Below, in pieces: positions 17,833 through 27,433 of a DNA stretch of 50,742 bases. How positions within the stretch are numbered: the stretch's first letter is position 1; the number at the start of each line of letters is the position of its first letter. The position numbers and the translations under genes are program-made. The stretch lies in IMG/VR virus record IMGVR_UViG_3300048598_000585, positions 1 to 50,742 of that record. The stretch is one strand, 5' to 3'. The DNA is from a virus (taxonomy: Duplodnaviria > Caudoviricetes). The notes under the pieces are model-generated. The model had not been told where the DNA came from. It made no database searches and saw only the letters and a program-made list of their open reading frames with translations.

Positions 17833-19917
17833 TTATGCGGTGTTCTTCTGCAACCCGCGATGGTCGATCGCCGCGGCAGCGAAATCCAGGCGAGCCTTGA
17901 TCTCGACGCCGTCCACCTCGAAGCCCTGCCGGGTCTCGATGTAGACACCCGGCTGCCCCTCGAGATAGCAATACTCGATCGTGTCAATCGCGCTCGGGTC
18001 GGCCGCCGTGTACCAGTTCGTGTCTCCGACGCTGGCCACTGCGTCCAAGCGCGGCTCCACGATCGGCACCATGGCGCGCACGAAGGCCGGCACATCGGCC
18101 GAAGATGCGGTGGCCGACAAGTTGATCGGATTGGTGAGCTGGACCGCAATGCCTTCCAGCGCCGCCGGGATGATGAGGAACTTGGGAATCAGGTTCAGGA
18201 TCGTGCCCTTGGGCGCAGTCTGTTTGCGCATCACTTTGCGCGCCGCCGTGATGTTGGCCACCGCCGCGAGGCCATTGGTAGCCGTCAGGTTCTTGTGCGT
18301 GGCGTGGAACAGAGGTACTCCGTCAGCCATTGCCGCATTCGCCGTGATCACAGCCCAGACGGCGTCGCTTTCGAGCGTGGCGGCCGCGATGCCCAAACCG
18401 GCAGGAATCCGCGTCAACGCCTGGAGGTCGTCGTTGAGGACCACCTTCCTGGTGATCGGCACGATCCCGCCCCAGGTCGTCAGCGCGTAAGACTCCTTGG
18501 AGTCGCTCACATAGATGCGCACGAACTCCCCGTTTTCGTTGGTCTTCTGCAACGCGGCAATGTCGCTCAGCTGAATGCGATTCACCGGCTTGAAGTCGAG
18601 CGCGGTAACCTGCCGGCAAAACGGCACGAACGTGCGGGGCGCCGCGTCATAGGCCTGGCGCAGAGTCTTGTTGGCGACGTTGGCCAGGATGTTGGGAAAG
18701 TCGCTGGTGGTCATGGCGCCGTCGAAATACTCCGACGCCCCATGCCGGCCCTGGAGTGCCACCCGAGCGATCTCGTTGCGGGACAGGCCGCGCGTCTTCA
18801 CGCCGACGGCATTCAGGCATTCCCGCGCCATGTCTACCAGCGTGAGCCCGGCAAAGTCGCGGCCCTTTTCGAACATCTCGCCGGAGGCGCGCGGGCTGCC
18901 TCTCAACAGCAACGCAGCCTCCATCCCTTCCCGCCGCTTGTCCACCTCATCCTTGCCGCCGAACGTGGCGAGCGGGTTGATCGGAAGCGTCGGATGCTTC
19001 TGAAACTCGGCATCGAGCTTCGTCATGATGCGCTCGCGAGCGATGTCGATAGAGACACCCTCGTCAATCAGCGCGGCGAGGAAGCTCTCCTCCACCTGGA
19101 AGGGACCGGTCGCGATCGCGCGAATGGCGCCCGCGCGCAACCGCTCCGCCTTCACCGCCTCGTCGCGCGCCGCGGCGAGGGATACATCGTTCTGCCGGGC
19201 CTCTTCGCCCGAAGCCTGCACTGTCTGTTCCATATCAGGTTTCTCCTTCTGGGCAGTTGCCCGTTGCACTTCAACTTGGGCCGGTTCTGCTGGTGTCGTT
19301 TCCGCCGCCGACATGAAAGTCGTGGCCGAGTCGGCAGGCACCGGCACGAGCGAGATCTCGAACGGCTCCCAATCGGTCGCGGTGAATTCCTTACGCTCCT
19401 GGCCCTTCGGCGTGGTGTCGACCTTCCTGTAAATCCACATGCCGGGGCTGAGGTTCTGAATAATGCCGCCCTTGACGTCGTTCCAGACCGGCGTCACGGC
19501 ATCCCGTTTGCTGAACTGGAGCGTGGCCAGGCCGGTGGACTTCTGGGCCCATGCCTTGCGCACCACTCCGAGTTGACTCTCCACCCCGTAGGCGGAATGC
19601 GAGTCCAGCACGGGACTGCCGTTGTTCAGACGCGCCATGCGGCAGCCTTTCATGTCGAGGATGAGGTCGTATTCCTCGCCGCTGCGCCAGTCAAACCGGG
19701 GTATCTTGGCGCCCGTGTACCAGACCGCGTCGATGGTGCGAGCATCGTCATCGGCCGACGGCGGAGCGAAGGTCGCCACCACAGTGAAGCGTTCGACCTG
19801 GACCTCCGATGGTTCCGGGTGAGGCTCGGGCTGCGCAACGGCGGCAGTGGAAACTACTTCGACGGGAATGAGCTCCGGAGCAGTCTCCGGCGCCGTCCCC
19901 GCGATTTCTTCGGGCAT
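17833..19917 (-). CDS. Prohead protease-major capsid protein fusion
   Basis: N-terminal PVLDSH and WEPFEISLVPVPAD protease motifs; capsid TTSDFPNILANVANK...ARLDFAAAAIDHRG. Confidence 0.92.
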   Translation of the reverse strand: MPEEIAGTAPETAPELIPVEVVSTAAVAQPEPHPEPSEVQVERFTVVATFAPPSADDDARTIDAVWYTGAKIPRFDWRSGEEYDLILDMKGCRMARLNNGSPVLDSHSAYGVESQLGVVRKAWAQKSTGLATLQFSKRDAVTPVWNDVKGGIIQNLSPGMWIYRKVDTTPKGQERKEFTATDWEPFEISLVPVPADSATTFMSAAETTPAEPAQVEVQRATAQKEKPDMEQTVQASGEEARQNDVSLAAARDEAVKAERLRAGAIRAIATGPFQVEESFLAALIDEGVSIDIARERIMTKLDAEFQKHPTLPINPLATFGGKDEVDKRREGMEAALLLRGSPRASGEMFEKGRDFAGLTLVDMARECLNAVGVKTRGLSRNEIARVALQGRHGASEYFDGAMTTSDFPNILANVANKTLRQAYDAAPRTFVPFCRQVTALDFKPVNRIQLSDIAALQKTNENGEFVRIYVSDSKESYALTTWGGIVPITRKVVLNDDLQALTRIPAGLGIAAATLESDAVWAVITANAAMADGVPLFHATHKNLTATNGLAAVANITAARKVMRKQTAPKGTILNLIPKFLIIPAALEGIAVQLTNPINLSATASSADVPAFVRAMVPIVEPRLDAVASVGDTNWYTAADPSAIDTIEYCYLEGQPGVYIETRQGFEVDGVEIKARLDFAAAAIDHRGLQKNTA

Positions 19918-19945
19918 AAAGGGCTCCTTCTTGGCGGCTGTCGAT

Positions 19946-21508
19946 TTACGAGGTGTAGCTTCTCGTCGGTGAATCCCACTGCCGGGCCGAATGTTTCACC
20001 GTGCCGGGCTGCTTGACGGGTGGCGCCGGCGCCGTTTCGCCGTCGACGGTGGGCTGCTCGACGCCCTTGTCATTCACGTGGCGCGGATCGCAGTCCAGGA
20101 TGATGGCGTACGCGTCGAGTACTTCGTTCATCCGCTTGATTTCCTGCAACTGCTTTTCTGGGTCGTAGCCGTTCTGCGCGATCGCCTCTGCCAACGTCAA
20201 CGTGCCGGTGCGGATGCGCTTCAACTCAGCCATCGCATCCTTGAGCGGATCAACAGACTCAAACTTGGGCGCCGTCCACTGCACGCCATAGTTGGCTTCT
20301 GGAATCTTTCCGATGAACACCAGGGTGTCGATGAACCGCCGCCACGTCGGTCGGCAGTACATCGGGATCAGCGTCAACCACCGGAACGCTTCGATGGCAT
20401 TGCGGAAGCCGAGCATCCCCGCGCGATATGAGGAATAGTTGACATTCGACAGATCCCCGGACAGCAGCTCATAGGGCACGTCGATGCCGGCGCCGATCCC
20501 CTGCAACTCAGTCATCAGGTAGTCGCGGTAGCCGCCGGCTGGCGAAGGCGCATTGAACTTGATGTCTTCGCCCGGCTTCAAATACTCGATCATGCCGGGG
20601 TACATCCGCTCCAGCGTGTTACCCGTCTTCGGGTCCGTGGACTTCGTGCCGATGGGCAAGCCACTGGCACCTTCGCTCCGCGTGACGATACCCGCCAGGC
20701 ACGCTTCGGTCTTCTTCCGCAGGCGCTCGGCGTCCCGGTAGTCGTCGAGGTCCCGCAGCGCCAACATCACTGGAGCCAGCCAGGGCACGCCGCGCACCTG
20801 GCCGGGCCGCAGGATGCAGTAGGTATGCATCACCTGGGCTGAAGGCACCGGTTGGCTCGCCAGCCCACCGCGCCAGTTGATGGTGATTCCGCCTCCGGGG
20901 TGGTTGTTGTAGAGCCAGTAATACTCGCGCTGCCCGAACAGGTTGAACTGAACGCCTTGGATGACCTGCCCGCTCGCAAGCCCGGTGGTCTTGGAGATGT
21001 CGAGGAAATCACCCTCCAGTACCTGCAACTGGAGCGGCACGCGAAAGTTGTCCTTCGAGAGCCGGGGCCGGAACCGGACAATCCCGTCGCCGCTTTCAGC
21101 CGTTGTTCGTACAATGAGCGCCTGCATCCCATAGAAGTCCAACTGCCCGCCCGGGTCGCAGTTCTCTGCGAAGTAGAGCCACTCGGCGTCGATGATCTTG
21201 TCGAGCGCAGATGTCCCAGTCTTCGCCTGCGGAACAATTCCGGTTCCCACGGTGTTGCCCACCAGTTCGGCGATGGCCTTGCTGGCGTACGGATTGTTCC
21301 GCAGCAGGTCGCGCGACCGGTTGCGCAGGTTGCTCAGCGAGGCACCAACCTCGGTGTTGGCGTCCCCGCCTGCCGCAATCCAGCCGTCTGTGCGGCGGCC
21401 CAACTTCGCACCGTCATAGGCGAACATCTCGGCCGCGGCGCGGAGCCGCGCACGGCGATAGGCCCGCTCCGGCGAGAAGTAACCGATCATCTTGTCCAGG
21501 GCGTTCAT
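19946..21508 (-). CDS. Phage portal protein, lambda family
   Basis: LRNRSRDLLRNNPY, RPGQVRGVPWLAPV, GDLSNVNYSS and VDPLKD motifs. Confidence 0.95.
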   Translation of the reverse strand: MNALDKMIGYFSPERAYRRARLRAAAEMFAYDGAKLGRRTDGWIAAGGDANTEVGASLSNLRNRSRDLLRNNPYASKAIAELVGNTVGTGIVPQAKTGTSALDKIIDAEWLYFAENCDPGGQLDFYGMQALIVRTTAESGDGIVRFRPRLSKDNFRVPLQLQVLEGDFLDISKTTGLASGQVIQGVQFNLFGQREYYWLYNNHPGGGITINWRGGLASQPVPSAQVMHTYCILRPGQVRGVPWLAPVMLALRDLDDYRDAERLRKKTEACLAGIVTRSEGASGLPIGTKSTDPKTGNTLERMYPGMIEYLKPGEDIKFNAPSPAGGYRDYLMTELQGIGAGIDVPYELLSGDLSNVNYSSYRAGMLGFRNAIEAFRWLTLIPMYCRPTWRRFIDTLVFIGKIPEANYGVQWTAPKFESVDPLKDAMAELKRIRTGTLTLAEAIAQNGYDPEKQLQEIKRMNEVLDAYAIILDCDPRHVNDKGVEQPTVDGETAPAPPVKQPGTVKHSARQWDSPTRSYTS

Positions 21509-21509
21509 G

Positions 21510-21722
21510 CTAATCCCTGCTGTGCGTCGCCAGGCTGAACGCAGAAGGAGCAGCAGTACCTTGCGCGGCAATTTCCGACTCAAGATCCACGATGGCCTTC
21601 CGGATTTCGTCCATGCTTTGGTACTCGACAGCGCGATCGGTGAATTGCACACGTCGCACGCCGGCATACTTGGCGCGCTTCAATGCGTCAAGCATGGATT
21701 GCATCTCGGCAGCAGTGATCAC
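21510..21722 (-). CDS. Head-to-tail adaptor (gpW-like)
   Basis: 70 aa between terL and portal; GVRRVQF.DR.VEY.S..EI pattern. Confidence 0.85.
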   Translation of the reverse strand: MITAAEMQSMLDALKRAKYAGVRRVQFTDRAVEYQSMDEIRKAIVDLESEIAAQGTAAPSAFSLATHSRD

Positions 21723-23656
21723 TTGAACCACCCTTTTCCGCACAGCCAGGCGTTGTCGCACTCGCCCCAGTACTCGTCCGTCCGGTCCTCGCGAGGAACC
21801 TCAGTCAGAGTGTTCCCCTCCAGTTCCGCCCACTCAGCTTCCGTGAACCGATCGATCCCGCAGACGGAGGCGGCTGCCCGGCAGAGCACGGCCAGGTCGA
21901 GCGGTTCGTTCCTTACGGTCGGGTCCTTCACCCACTCGATCTTTCCGCTCTGGGCGCGGACCACCCGCGATTCCGAGCAGAGGCCCTTGTAGAAGTCCGG
22001 ATCGCCATAGGCATAGTGCTGATAGCCAGCCGGGAAGGCCTCATCGGGATCGGTCGGCAACTCCAGCCGCAGCCAGTCGTAGAACTCCTGCTTGGCCCAG
22101 TGCGTCCCAATGCTCCAGATGCGGATTCCCTGACGCCGTCGCGCGGCGTCAGTACCGGACACGGAGGCGATCAACTTGAAGGCGTGGTCGGTACCCTTCG
22201 TTGGGATCACCGTCCGAGGTGCAACGATCTGGTCACCAGCTGGCCCGTGCGCCGGTTGCGGATGGCGCGAGGCAAACTCGTAGACCATCTGTGGCCGGAA
22301 GCCGGAATCAACCGCCATCGCCATGATCGGCAGCGTGCCGCCGGAGGCGCTTCGCCAGTCCCGCGCCAGCAGCGCATCCAGTTCCTGCCAGACCTCGGGA
22401 CTGGACGTCTTGAGAGCCTGCCCAGAGGCGTCCGGTAGGCGGATGACCTGATAGTCCACCGACCAGGATTCTTTGCCGCGCCCGTACGCCTTCACTTCCA
22501 CTTCAAGCCGGTCATCCTGAACATCGACGCCTGCTACAAGGAACAAGCCACCGACCGGCACAATGCCGAGAGGGTACTGCTCGCGTCGCAGGTAGATCTT
22601 CTCCCAATCGGGTGCAATCCCGCGCTCGGCCCAGAGTTCGGCAAGCACTGTATTCATGAACGCCTTCAAGGTCTCGGGGGACTTCTTGGACGCCACAAAC
22701 TCAGTGGCAATGGTTCCCCAAGCGCGCTTCGGCGAAATCATCTGCGACACGCGGAATCCTGGAATCGGCGAATCCGGATTCTGTGCGCGGTAGACGCCAT
22801 GCTCAACCATCCATCCCTTGTGATGGTGCGGGATGAGTTCCTGGCAGTGCTCACACCGGTAAGCGGCCCTTTCCGGATCGCCCTCCGGCCATACCAGCCC
22901 GCCGCCCGTGCCATCTCCGAGCACAAGTACTTGGAAGTGGTTGCACATCGGGCATGGAACGAAGTACTCACGCTGGTCGCTCTCATTCCACGCCAGTTGG
23001 ATTCTGCTTTGGCCGTCGATGGTCGGCGTCGAGCACATGACGATCTTCTTGTTGTGCTCGAACTCGCTGGTACGACGAACAGCCAGGGACACCGGATCGC
23101 CTTCCGATCCAGCGCTGGCCGGATAGCGGTCCACTTCGTCGAGCAGCAGATAGCGGATCGGCCGCATGGCCAGGCCAGATGGCGAAATGGCTCCGGTGAA
23201 GGTGATGTGGCCAGAGCCGTTGGTGAAGACCTTGTGCAGCGTCGTGTTGTTGGCATCGCGCGACTTGACGGCCGCGATCTTCCCACGCAGACAGGGCGTG
23301 TTCCGGAACATCGGCGCCACCCGGTCTTTCGACAGCGCCTTGGCGTCTTCTGACCGCGGCTCGACCACCAGCACCGGGCCCGGGTCAACGTCGGCGACAA
23401 ACCCAAGGAAGTTGACCAACACCGAGGTCTTTAACATTTGGGCACTTGACATCAGAACGACCTGTTTGCAGGGGTGCGATGGGCTCAGAACATCCATCGG
23501 CTCGCGCTGATACGGCCGTGTATGCCATTGCCCGCGCTCGGCCGCGGACGCGCCAGAGAGAACGACGTTTTCATCTGCCCACTCAGAGACAGTAATCTCG
23601 CGCGGCGGCAGCATCGCCTCTGATCCGACTGCGTGCATTGAGAAGGGAGTAGCCAT
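21719..23656 (-). CDS. terL: Terminase large subunit, GpA family
   Basis: PYQREPMD, SAQMLKT (Walker A variant), LLLDEVD, STPT, VPCPMC zinc motif, GVDVQ and RNEPLDL. Confidence 0.95.
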   Translation of the reverse strand: MATPFSMHAVGSEAMLPPREITVSEWADENVVLSGASAAERGQWHTRPYQREPMDVLSPSHPCKQVVLMSSAQMLKTSVLVNFLGFVADVDPGPVLVVEPRSEDAKALSKDRVAPMFRNTPCLRGKIAAVKSRDANNTTLHKVFTNGSGHITFTGAISPSGLAMRPIRYLLLDEVDRYPASAGSEGDPVSLAVRRTSEFEHNKKIVMCSTPTIDGQSRIQLAWNESDQREYFVPCPMCNHFQVLVLGDGTGGGLVWPEGDPERAAYRCEHCQELIPHHHKGWMVEHGVYRAQNPDSPIPGFRVSQMISPKRAWGTIATEFVASKKSPETLKAFMNTVLAELWAERGIAPDWEKIYLRREQYPLGIVPVGGLFLVAGVDVQDDRLEVEVKAYGRGKESWSVDYQVIRLPDASGQALKTSSPEVWQELDALLARDWRSASGGTLPIMAMAVDSGFRPQMVYEFASRHPQPAHGPAGDQIVAPRTVIPTKGTDHAFKLIASVSGTDAARRRQGIRIWSIGTHWAKQEFYDWLRLELPTDPDEAFPAGYQHYAYGDPDFYKGLCSESRVVRAQSGKIEWVKDPTVRNEPLDLAVLCRAAASVCGIDRFTEAEWAELEGNTLTEVPREDRTDEYWGECDNAWLCGKGWFK

Positions 23657-24201
23657 CAGAAACCTGCGTCCGCAATCGCCTTGGCGACCCGGCGTCGCAA
23701 CGCCGCCACTTCACTGGAGAGGATCTTGTGCACTGCGCGCTCATCCGTCGAGGCGGCCAGCAGTGGTGTCAGCCTGTCCGGCCATGCCGACAGAGCGTCA
23801 CCAACGATCGCCGAGAATTGCATCGCGTACTCGCCGGCTTTGATCGCCTGCATCAACTTGCCAGCGCGCTCCTCGTACTCCATCTGCGCGATCTTGGCCT
23901 TGAAGGTTTCGCTGACCGCCCGGGCCCGCAGATAGGCGGCAACAGGGTCGTTTGTGACCTCGGGCGACTGCGGCATGGCTGCAGCGGGCGTTGCGGCTCG
24001 CGGCCGAACCATCGCTGGCCGGGTGGCTTCATGTAGCGTCTTGCCGACAAACGTGTTCTGTGCCCATTGCTGGTTGGCGCGCTCGGCATCGATCGTACCG
24101 TCCTTGTTCGGAGTAATCCGCTTGGACGCGATGGCCTTCCTGACGGCACCCTCCGTGCAGCCGCGCATGCGGGCATAGGCGCGAATGGAGACGCCCATCA
24201 T
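23656..24201 (-). CDS. terS: Terminase small subunit (HTH N-terminus)
   Basis: SIRAYARMRG..EGAVRKAI HTH; coiled C-terminus; translationally coupled to terL. Confidence 0.8.
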   Translation of the reverse strand: MMGVSIRAYARMRGCTEGAVRKAIASKRITPNKDGTIDAERANQQWAQNTFVGKTLHEATRPAMVRPRAATPAAAMPQSPEVTNDPVAAYLRARAVSETFKAKIAQMEYEERAGKLMQAIKAGEYAMQFSAIVGDALSAWPDRLTPLLAASTDERAVHKILSSEVAALRRRVAKAIADAGF

Positions 24202-24344
24202 GCAGTGCCTCGTGAAGTGCTCGCGCCCGCCTTGCCCACTGACTTCGCCCTTCTTTCGGCGCTCATTTGTTTGTCCACCAATAGTTCGCCGGATGAGCAG
24301 ATTTCTCTTGATCGTTCTTCGACCCGGAGTGATGTATGGGTGCG

Positions 24345-24590
24345 ATGGAACGCACCACAAAGACCACCAGACAGACCGCCGCCGCCTGCTACGCCGAACG
24401 CCACGCCGAGTGCCAGGACCTGCTGGAGCGCATCGCGAGCCGACTGGCGCAACACCAAAAGGACCAGGCACGAGAGCCCGGCGACTGGGGCTTCTCCGGC
24501 GACCTCGGCCACATCACCGAGGAGTTGGCCTACGTCCTTGCCAGCCTCGGTGACCGCAGCGCGGTGGACGCCAAAGGACTGGAGTACTAA
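24345..24590 (+). CDS. Small hypothetical protein (WG..GDL motif)
   Basis: Good codon usage; first gene of the antisense three-gene cassette. Confidence 0.7.
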   Translation: MERTTKTTRQTAAACYAERHAECQDLLERIASRLAQHQKDQAREPGDWGFSGDLGHITEELAYVLASLGDRSAVDAKGLEY

Positions 24591-24592
24591 CC

Positions 24593-24823
24593 ATGCAAAA
24601 GCGAAACGTGCGCATCGGCGCGATTTACTACGTCAGAGTCGGCGGAAACATGACCGAAGTGAGAATCACCCGGGAGTCGCCCAACGGCGGCTGGTACGGA
24701 ACCAACCAGGCCACGGGACGCGAGATTCGCATCCGGACTGCCGCCCGCCTCCGCTCCGAGGTACCTGCGAAGGGAATCACGGGTGCCGAGGCACGCCGGA
24801 TCGTCAACGACATCGCATTTTGA
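24593..24823 (+). CDS. Small basic hypothetical protein (SH3-like beta composition)
   Basis: GGAG RBS; GGWYGTNQATGREIRIRTAARLR. Confidence 0.7.
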   Translation: MQKRNVRIGAIYYVRVGGNMTEVRITRESPNGGWYGTNQATGREIRIRTAARLRSEVPAKGITGAEARRIVNDIAF

Positions 24824-24845
24824 ACCAACAACAAGGAGACCCAGC

Positions 24846-25412
24846 ATGACTACATTCACGATCGACAACGAAAACAACATCACGGCGTTCGCCGAACTCG
24901 AAGACGCGCTGAACCACCGCATCGGCTCGACCGAAGGCGCCTTCGCCAGCGAGGAAGAGCTTTCGAGCCTCTCCTCCACTTGGCCCATCGGCCGCTTCGC
25001 CGAAGTCTGGAACGGCTTCGCCGGCGTGGTCCCCTTCGACCAGCTCAAGCCGGTCAAGAAATTCACCGACCGCAAGACGGCAGTCGCCCGGATCTGGAAG
25101 GCGGTCCAAGCCCTGACGCCCTGCCCTGCGCAACACGTGGCCCCTGCCGCGCCCGAGCAGGTCAGTCCGCCTACTGAGGCCAAACCCACTCGGGCGACGC
25201 CCCAGGCGCGCGAGGGCAGCAAGAAAGCGATGATGATCGAGATGCTGAAGCGGGCCGACGGCGCGACACTCTCCGAGATTGTCGCAGCGACGGGCTGGGA
25301 GAAACACAGCGTCCGAGGCTTCATCTCAGGCGGACTCGGCAAGAGGATGGGACTCTCCGTCGAGTCGTTCAAGACACCCGAAGGGGCTCGCGCCTTCCGT
25401 ATCACTCAGTAG
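24846..25412 (+). CDS. DUF3489 domain (winged-HTH) protein
   Basis: REGSKKAMMIEMLKRADGATLSEIVAATGWEKHSVRGFISG; AAGGAG RBS. Confidence 0.88.
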   Translation: MTTFTIDNENNITAFAELEDALNHRIGSTEGAFASEEELSSLSSTWPIGRFAEVWNGFAGVVPFDQLKPVKKFTDRKTAVARIWKAVQALTPCPAQHVAPAAPEQVSPPTEAKPTRATPQAREGSKKAMMIEMLKRADGATLSEIVAATGWEKHSVRGFISGGLGKRMGLSVESFKTPEGARAFRITQ

Positions 25413-25431
25413 CCAACCCCCGCTCCACTGC

Positions 25432-25469
25432 CGCCGCCGGAATCACAACCCGGCGGCGTTTCTGCTTTT
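25432..25469 (+). terminator. Intrinsic terminator after the DUF3489 cassette
   Basis: CGCCGCCGG-N9-CCGGCGGCG followed by TTTCTGCTTTT. Confidence 0.7.
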
Positions 25470-25703
25470 CACTTCGTCGGAAATCGCCGTGAGCTTTTCG
25501 TGGAACAAGGCCTCCCGGAGTTCACATTCGCCCCGACGTATGTACGTGCCATTGATTTTCAAAATTACCCGATTCTCCATTTCCGCCAATTCCCGCCTCA
25601 CCTCAGCCAGCAACGCGCGGTTCTGCAAACTGACGTAAGTTGCAATCAGGCCGGAGATCAATCCGACGACGGGGATCGAAAGTTGAAGAAGTTGGATTTC
25701 CAT
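25443..25703 (-). CDS. Small membrane protein with coiled coil (possible holin/lysis accessory)
   Basis: N-terminal hydrophobic helix LSIPVVGLISGLIATYVSL then a charged helix. Confidence 0.6.
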   Translation of the reverse strand: MEIQLLQLSIPVVGLISGLIATYVSLQNRALLAEVRRELAEMENRVILKINGTYIRRGECELREALFHEKLTAISDEVKSRNAAGL

Positions 25704-25831
25704 GGTAGCGCCTCTAGAATTTGGAGTTCGGCCGACCAGTCTGACAACGCCAGGCACAGCCCCTGGATGTCCGGGTGGCCACTTCGCAGTTCGTTTTCCA
25801 CTGCCGCAATCTCCCGGCGGCAACGTTCGAT

Positions 25832-27091
25832 TCATGCAGCTACCTGCAGGCGCTCCGCCGCCACCTCATCGAATGCCCTGCCGTCGGATTCAAGCGTTGG
25901 GACCTTACCGCTGAAATCCAGGAAGCGACGGCAGATCGTGTCCACGTATTTCGGATCGAGCTCAATCAATCGTGCCTGCCGCCCGGTCTTTTCGCAGGCG
26001 ATCATCGTAGTGCCCGACCCGCCGAATGGATCCAGAACCGTGTCACGTGTCTTGCTGCTGTTGCAGATCGCACGTTCCACCAACTCCACTGGCTTCATCG
26101 TCGGATGGATATCGTTAACGTGCGGCTTCTTGATGAACCACACATCACCCTGATCACGGGCTCCGCACCAGAAGTGATCCGTCCCCTCTTTCCAGCCGTA
26201 GAGGATCGGCTCATACTGCCTCTGATAGTCAGAGCGCCCCAGCGTGAAGGTGTTCTTCGCCCAGATGACAAACGTCGACCAGTGACCGCCTGCTTCTCGG
26301 AAAGCCTTCTCGAGCGTGTGCAGCTCTGAAGACGACATGCAGATATAGATGGCGCCCTTGGTGACAGCCAATATGCCGGAACATGCATCGAGAAGGAACT
26401 GCTCGAATTCCGCGCCAAGATTGTCATTGGCGATTTTGCGATGCTTCTTGCCACCAGCCTTGGCCTTCGTCGTAGCACCGTAGTTGACGTTGAACGGTGG
26501 ATCGGTGAAGACCATGTCTGCCAGGCCGCCCGCCATGACCTTTTCGATGTCGGCGAGCTGCGTCGAGTCTCCGCACAGGAGCCGGTGTTCACCAAGCACC
26601 CAGACATCGCCGGGCACGGTGACGGCCGTCTCCGGCACTTCCGGGACCGCATTTTCAGGCGTCAATCCAACATTGGCCGCATCCGGCTCCACCAGCAGCA
26701 TTTCCAGTTCCTGGTCGGTGAACCCAACCAGGTCGAGGTTGAATCCGTCCGAGCTGAGACTCTGGAGTTCGACCCGCAGCATTGCCTCGTCCCAACCTGC
26801 GTTGAGGGCAAGCCGATTGTCAGCGATCACCAATGCACAGCGCTGCGTTGCGCTCAGGTGATCCAGAACAATGACAGGGACCTCGGACAAGCCTAGTTTG
26901 CGGGCGGCAAGCAGGCGGGCGTGGCCAGCGATGATGATTCCGTCGGCGCCGGCGAGGATCGGATTTGTCCACCCGAATTCGGCAATTGATGCCGCGATCT
27001 GGGCGACCTGTTCGTCACTATGGGTGCGAGCGTTCCGGACAAATGGAATCAGCTTGTCGACAGGCCACGTTACCACCTGCAGGTTCGTCAT
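25832..27091 (-). CDS. ParB-N-fused DNA methyltransferase (N6/N4 family, DPPF)
   Basis: NARTHS..ASIAEFGW..IIAGHAR ParB domain; FTDPPF; HPTMKP; DPFGGSGTT. Confidence 0.93.
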   Translation of the reverse strand: MTNLQVVTWPVDKLIPFVRNARTHSDEQVAQIAASIAEFGWTNPILAGADGIIIAGHARLLAARKLGLSEVPVIVLDHLSATQRCALVIADNRLALNAGWDEAMLRVELQSLSSDGFNLDLVGFTDQELEMLLVEPDAANVGLTPENAVPEVPETAVTVPGDVWVLGEHRLLCGDSTQLADIEKVMAGGLADMVFTDPPFNVNYGATTKAKAGGKKHRKIANDNLGAEFEQFLLDACSGILAVTKGAIYICMSSSELHTLEKAFREAGGHWSTFVIWAKNTFTLGRSDYQRQYEPILYGWKEGTDHFWCGARDQGDVWFIKKPHVNDIHPTMKPVELVERAICNSSKTRDTVLDPFGGSGTTMIACEKTGRQARLIELDPKYVDTICRRFLDFSGKVPTLESDGRAFDEVAAERLQVAA

Positions 27092-27366
27092 GGTTTGCTC
27101 GTGGCCGGAGTCGACTTCTGGAACAGCCCCAGAGCGTTGTGCAGTGCCACGATCTTCTCGATCATCGGCACCACGATGGTGAGCAGCTTCTCAAAGGAGA
27201 AGCTGGCGGTGAGTTCCGTGCTCGCCTCGAAAGCGGACTTCAGGACGTCGAGCACGAGATCGAGTTTCTTTTTGCCTTGGCCAGGCAGCGGGATAGCTTC
27301 TTCGACAGCCTTCACCGCCGCAAGAACCAAGGGAAAAACTCGGAGGATAATCATCAGGTTATTCAT
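27088..27366 (-). CDS. Holin-like small membrane protein
   Basis: 92 aa amphipathic; AVKAVEE..GQGKKK pattern reminiscent of LL-H-type holins; GGAGA RBS. Confidence 0.5.
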   Translation of the reverse strand: MNNLMIILRVFPLVLAAVKAVEEAIPLPGQGKKKLDLVLDVLKSAFEASTELTASFSFEKLLTIVVPMIEKIVALHNALGLFQKSTPATSKP

Positions 27367-27382
27367 CGATTGTGTCTCCATC

Positions 27383-27416
27383 AAAAAGATCGGGGCGGCT
27401 CGCAGGCAACCGCCCC
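27383..27416 (-). terminator. Intrinsic terminator after the 189-aa gene
   Basis: Minus strand GGGGCGGTTGCCTGCGAGCCGCCCC-GATC-TTTTT. Confidence 0.65.
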
Positions 27417-27433
27417 AGTTTGGGAGGAGGAAA

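Noticed and set aside
17860-20016. 718-aa + strand ORF, and other long antisense ORFs such as 1591..2808, 28073..29323 and 27020..28030
   Set aside because: Shadow frames of GC-rich, codon-biased minus-strand genes; no recognisable motifs
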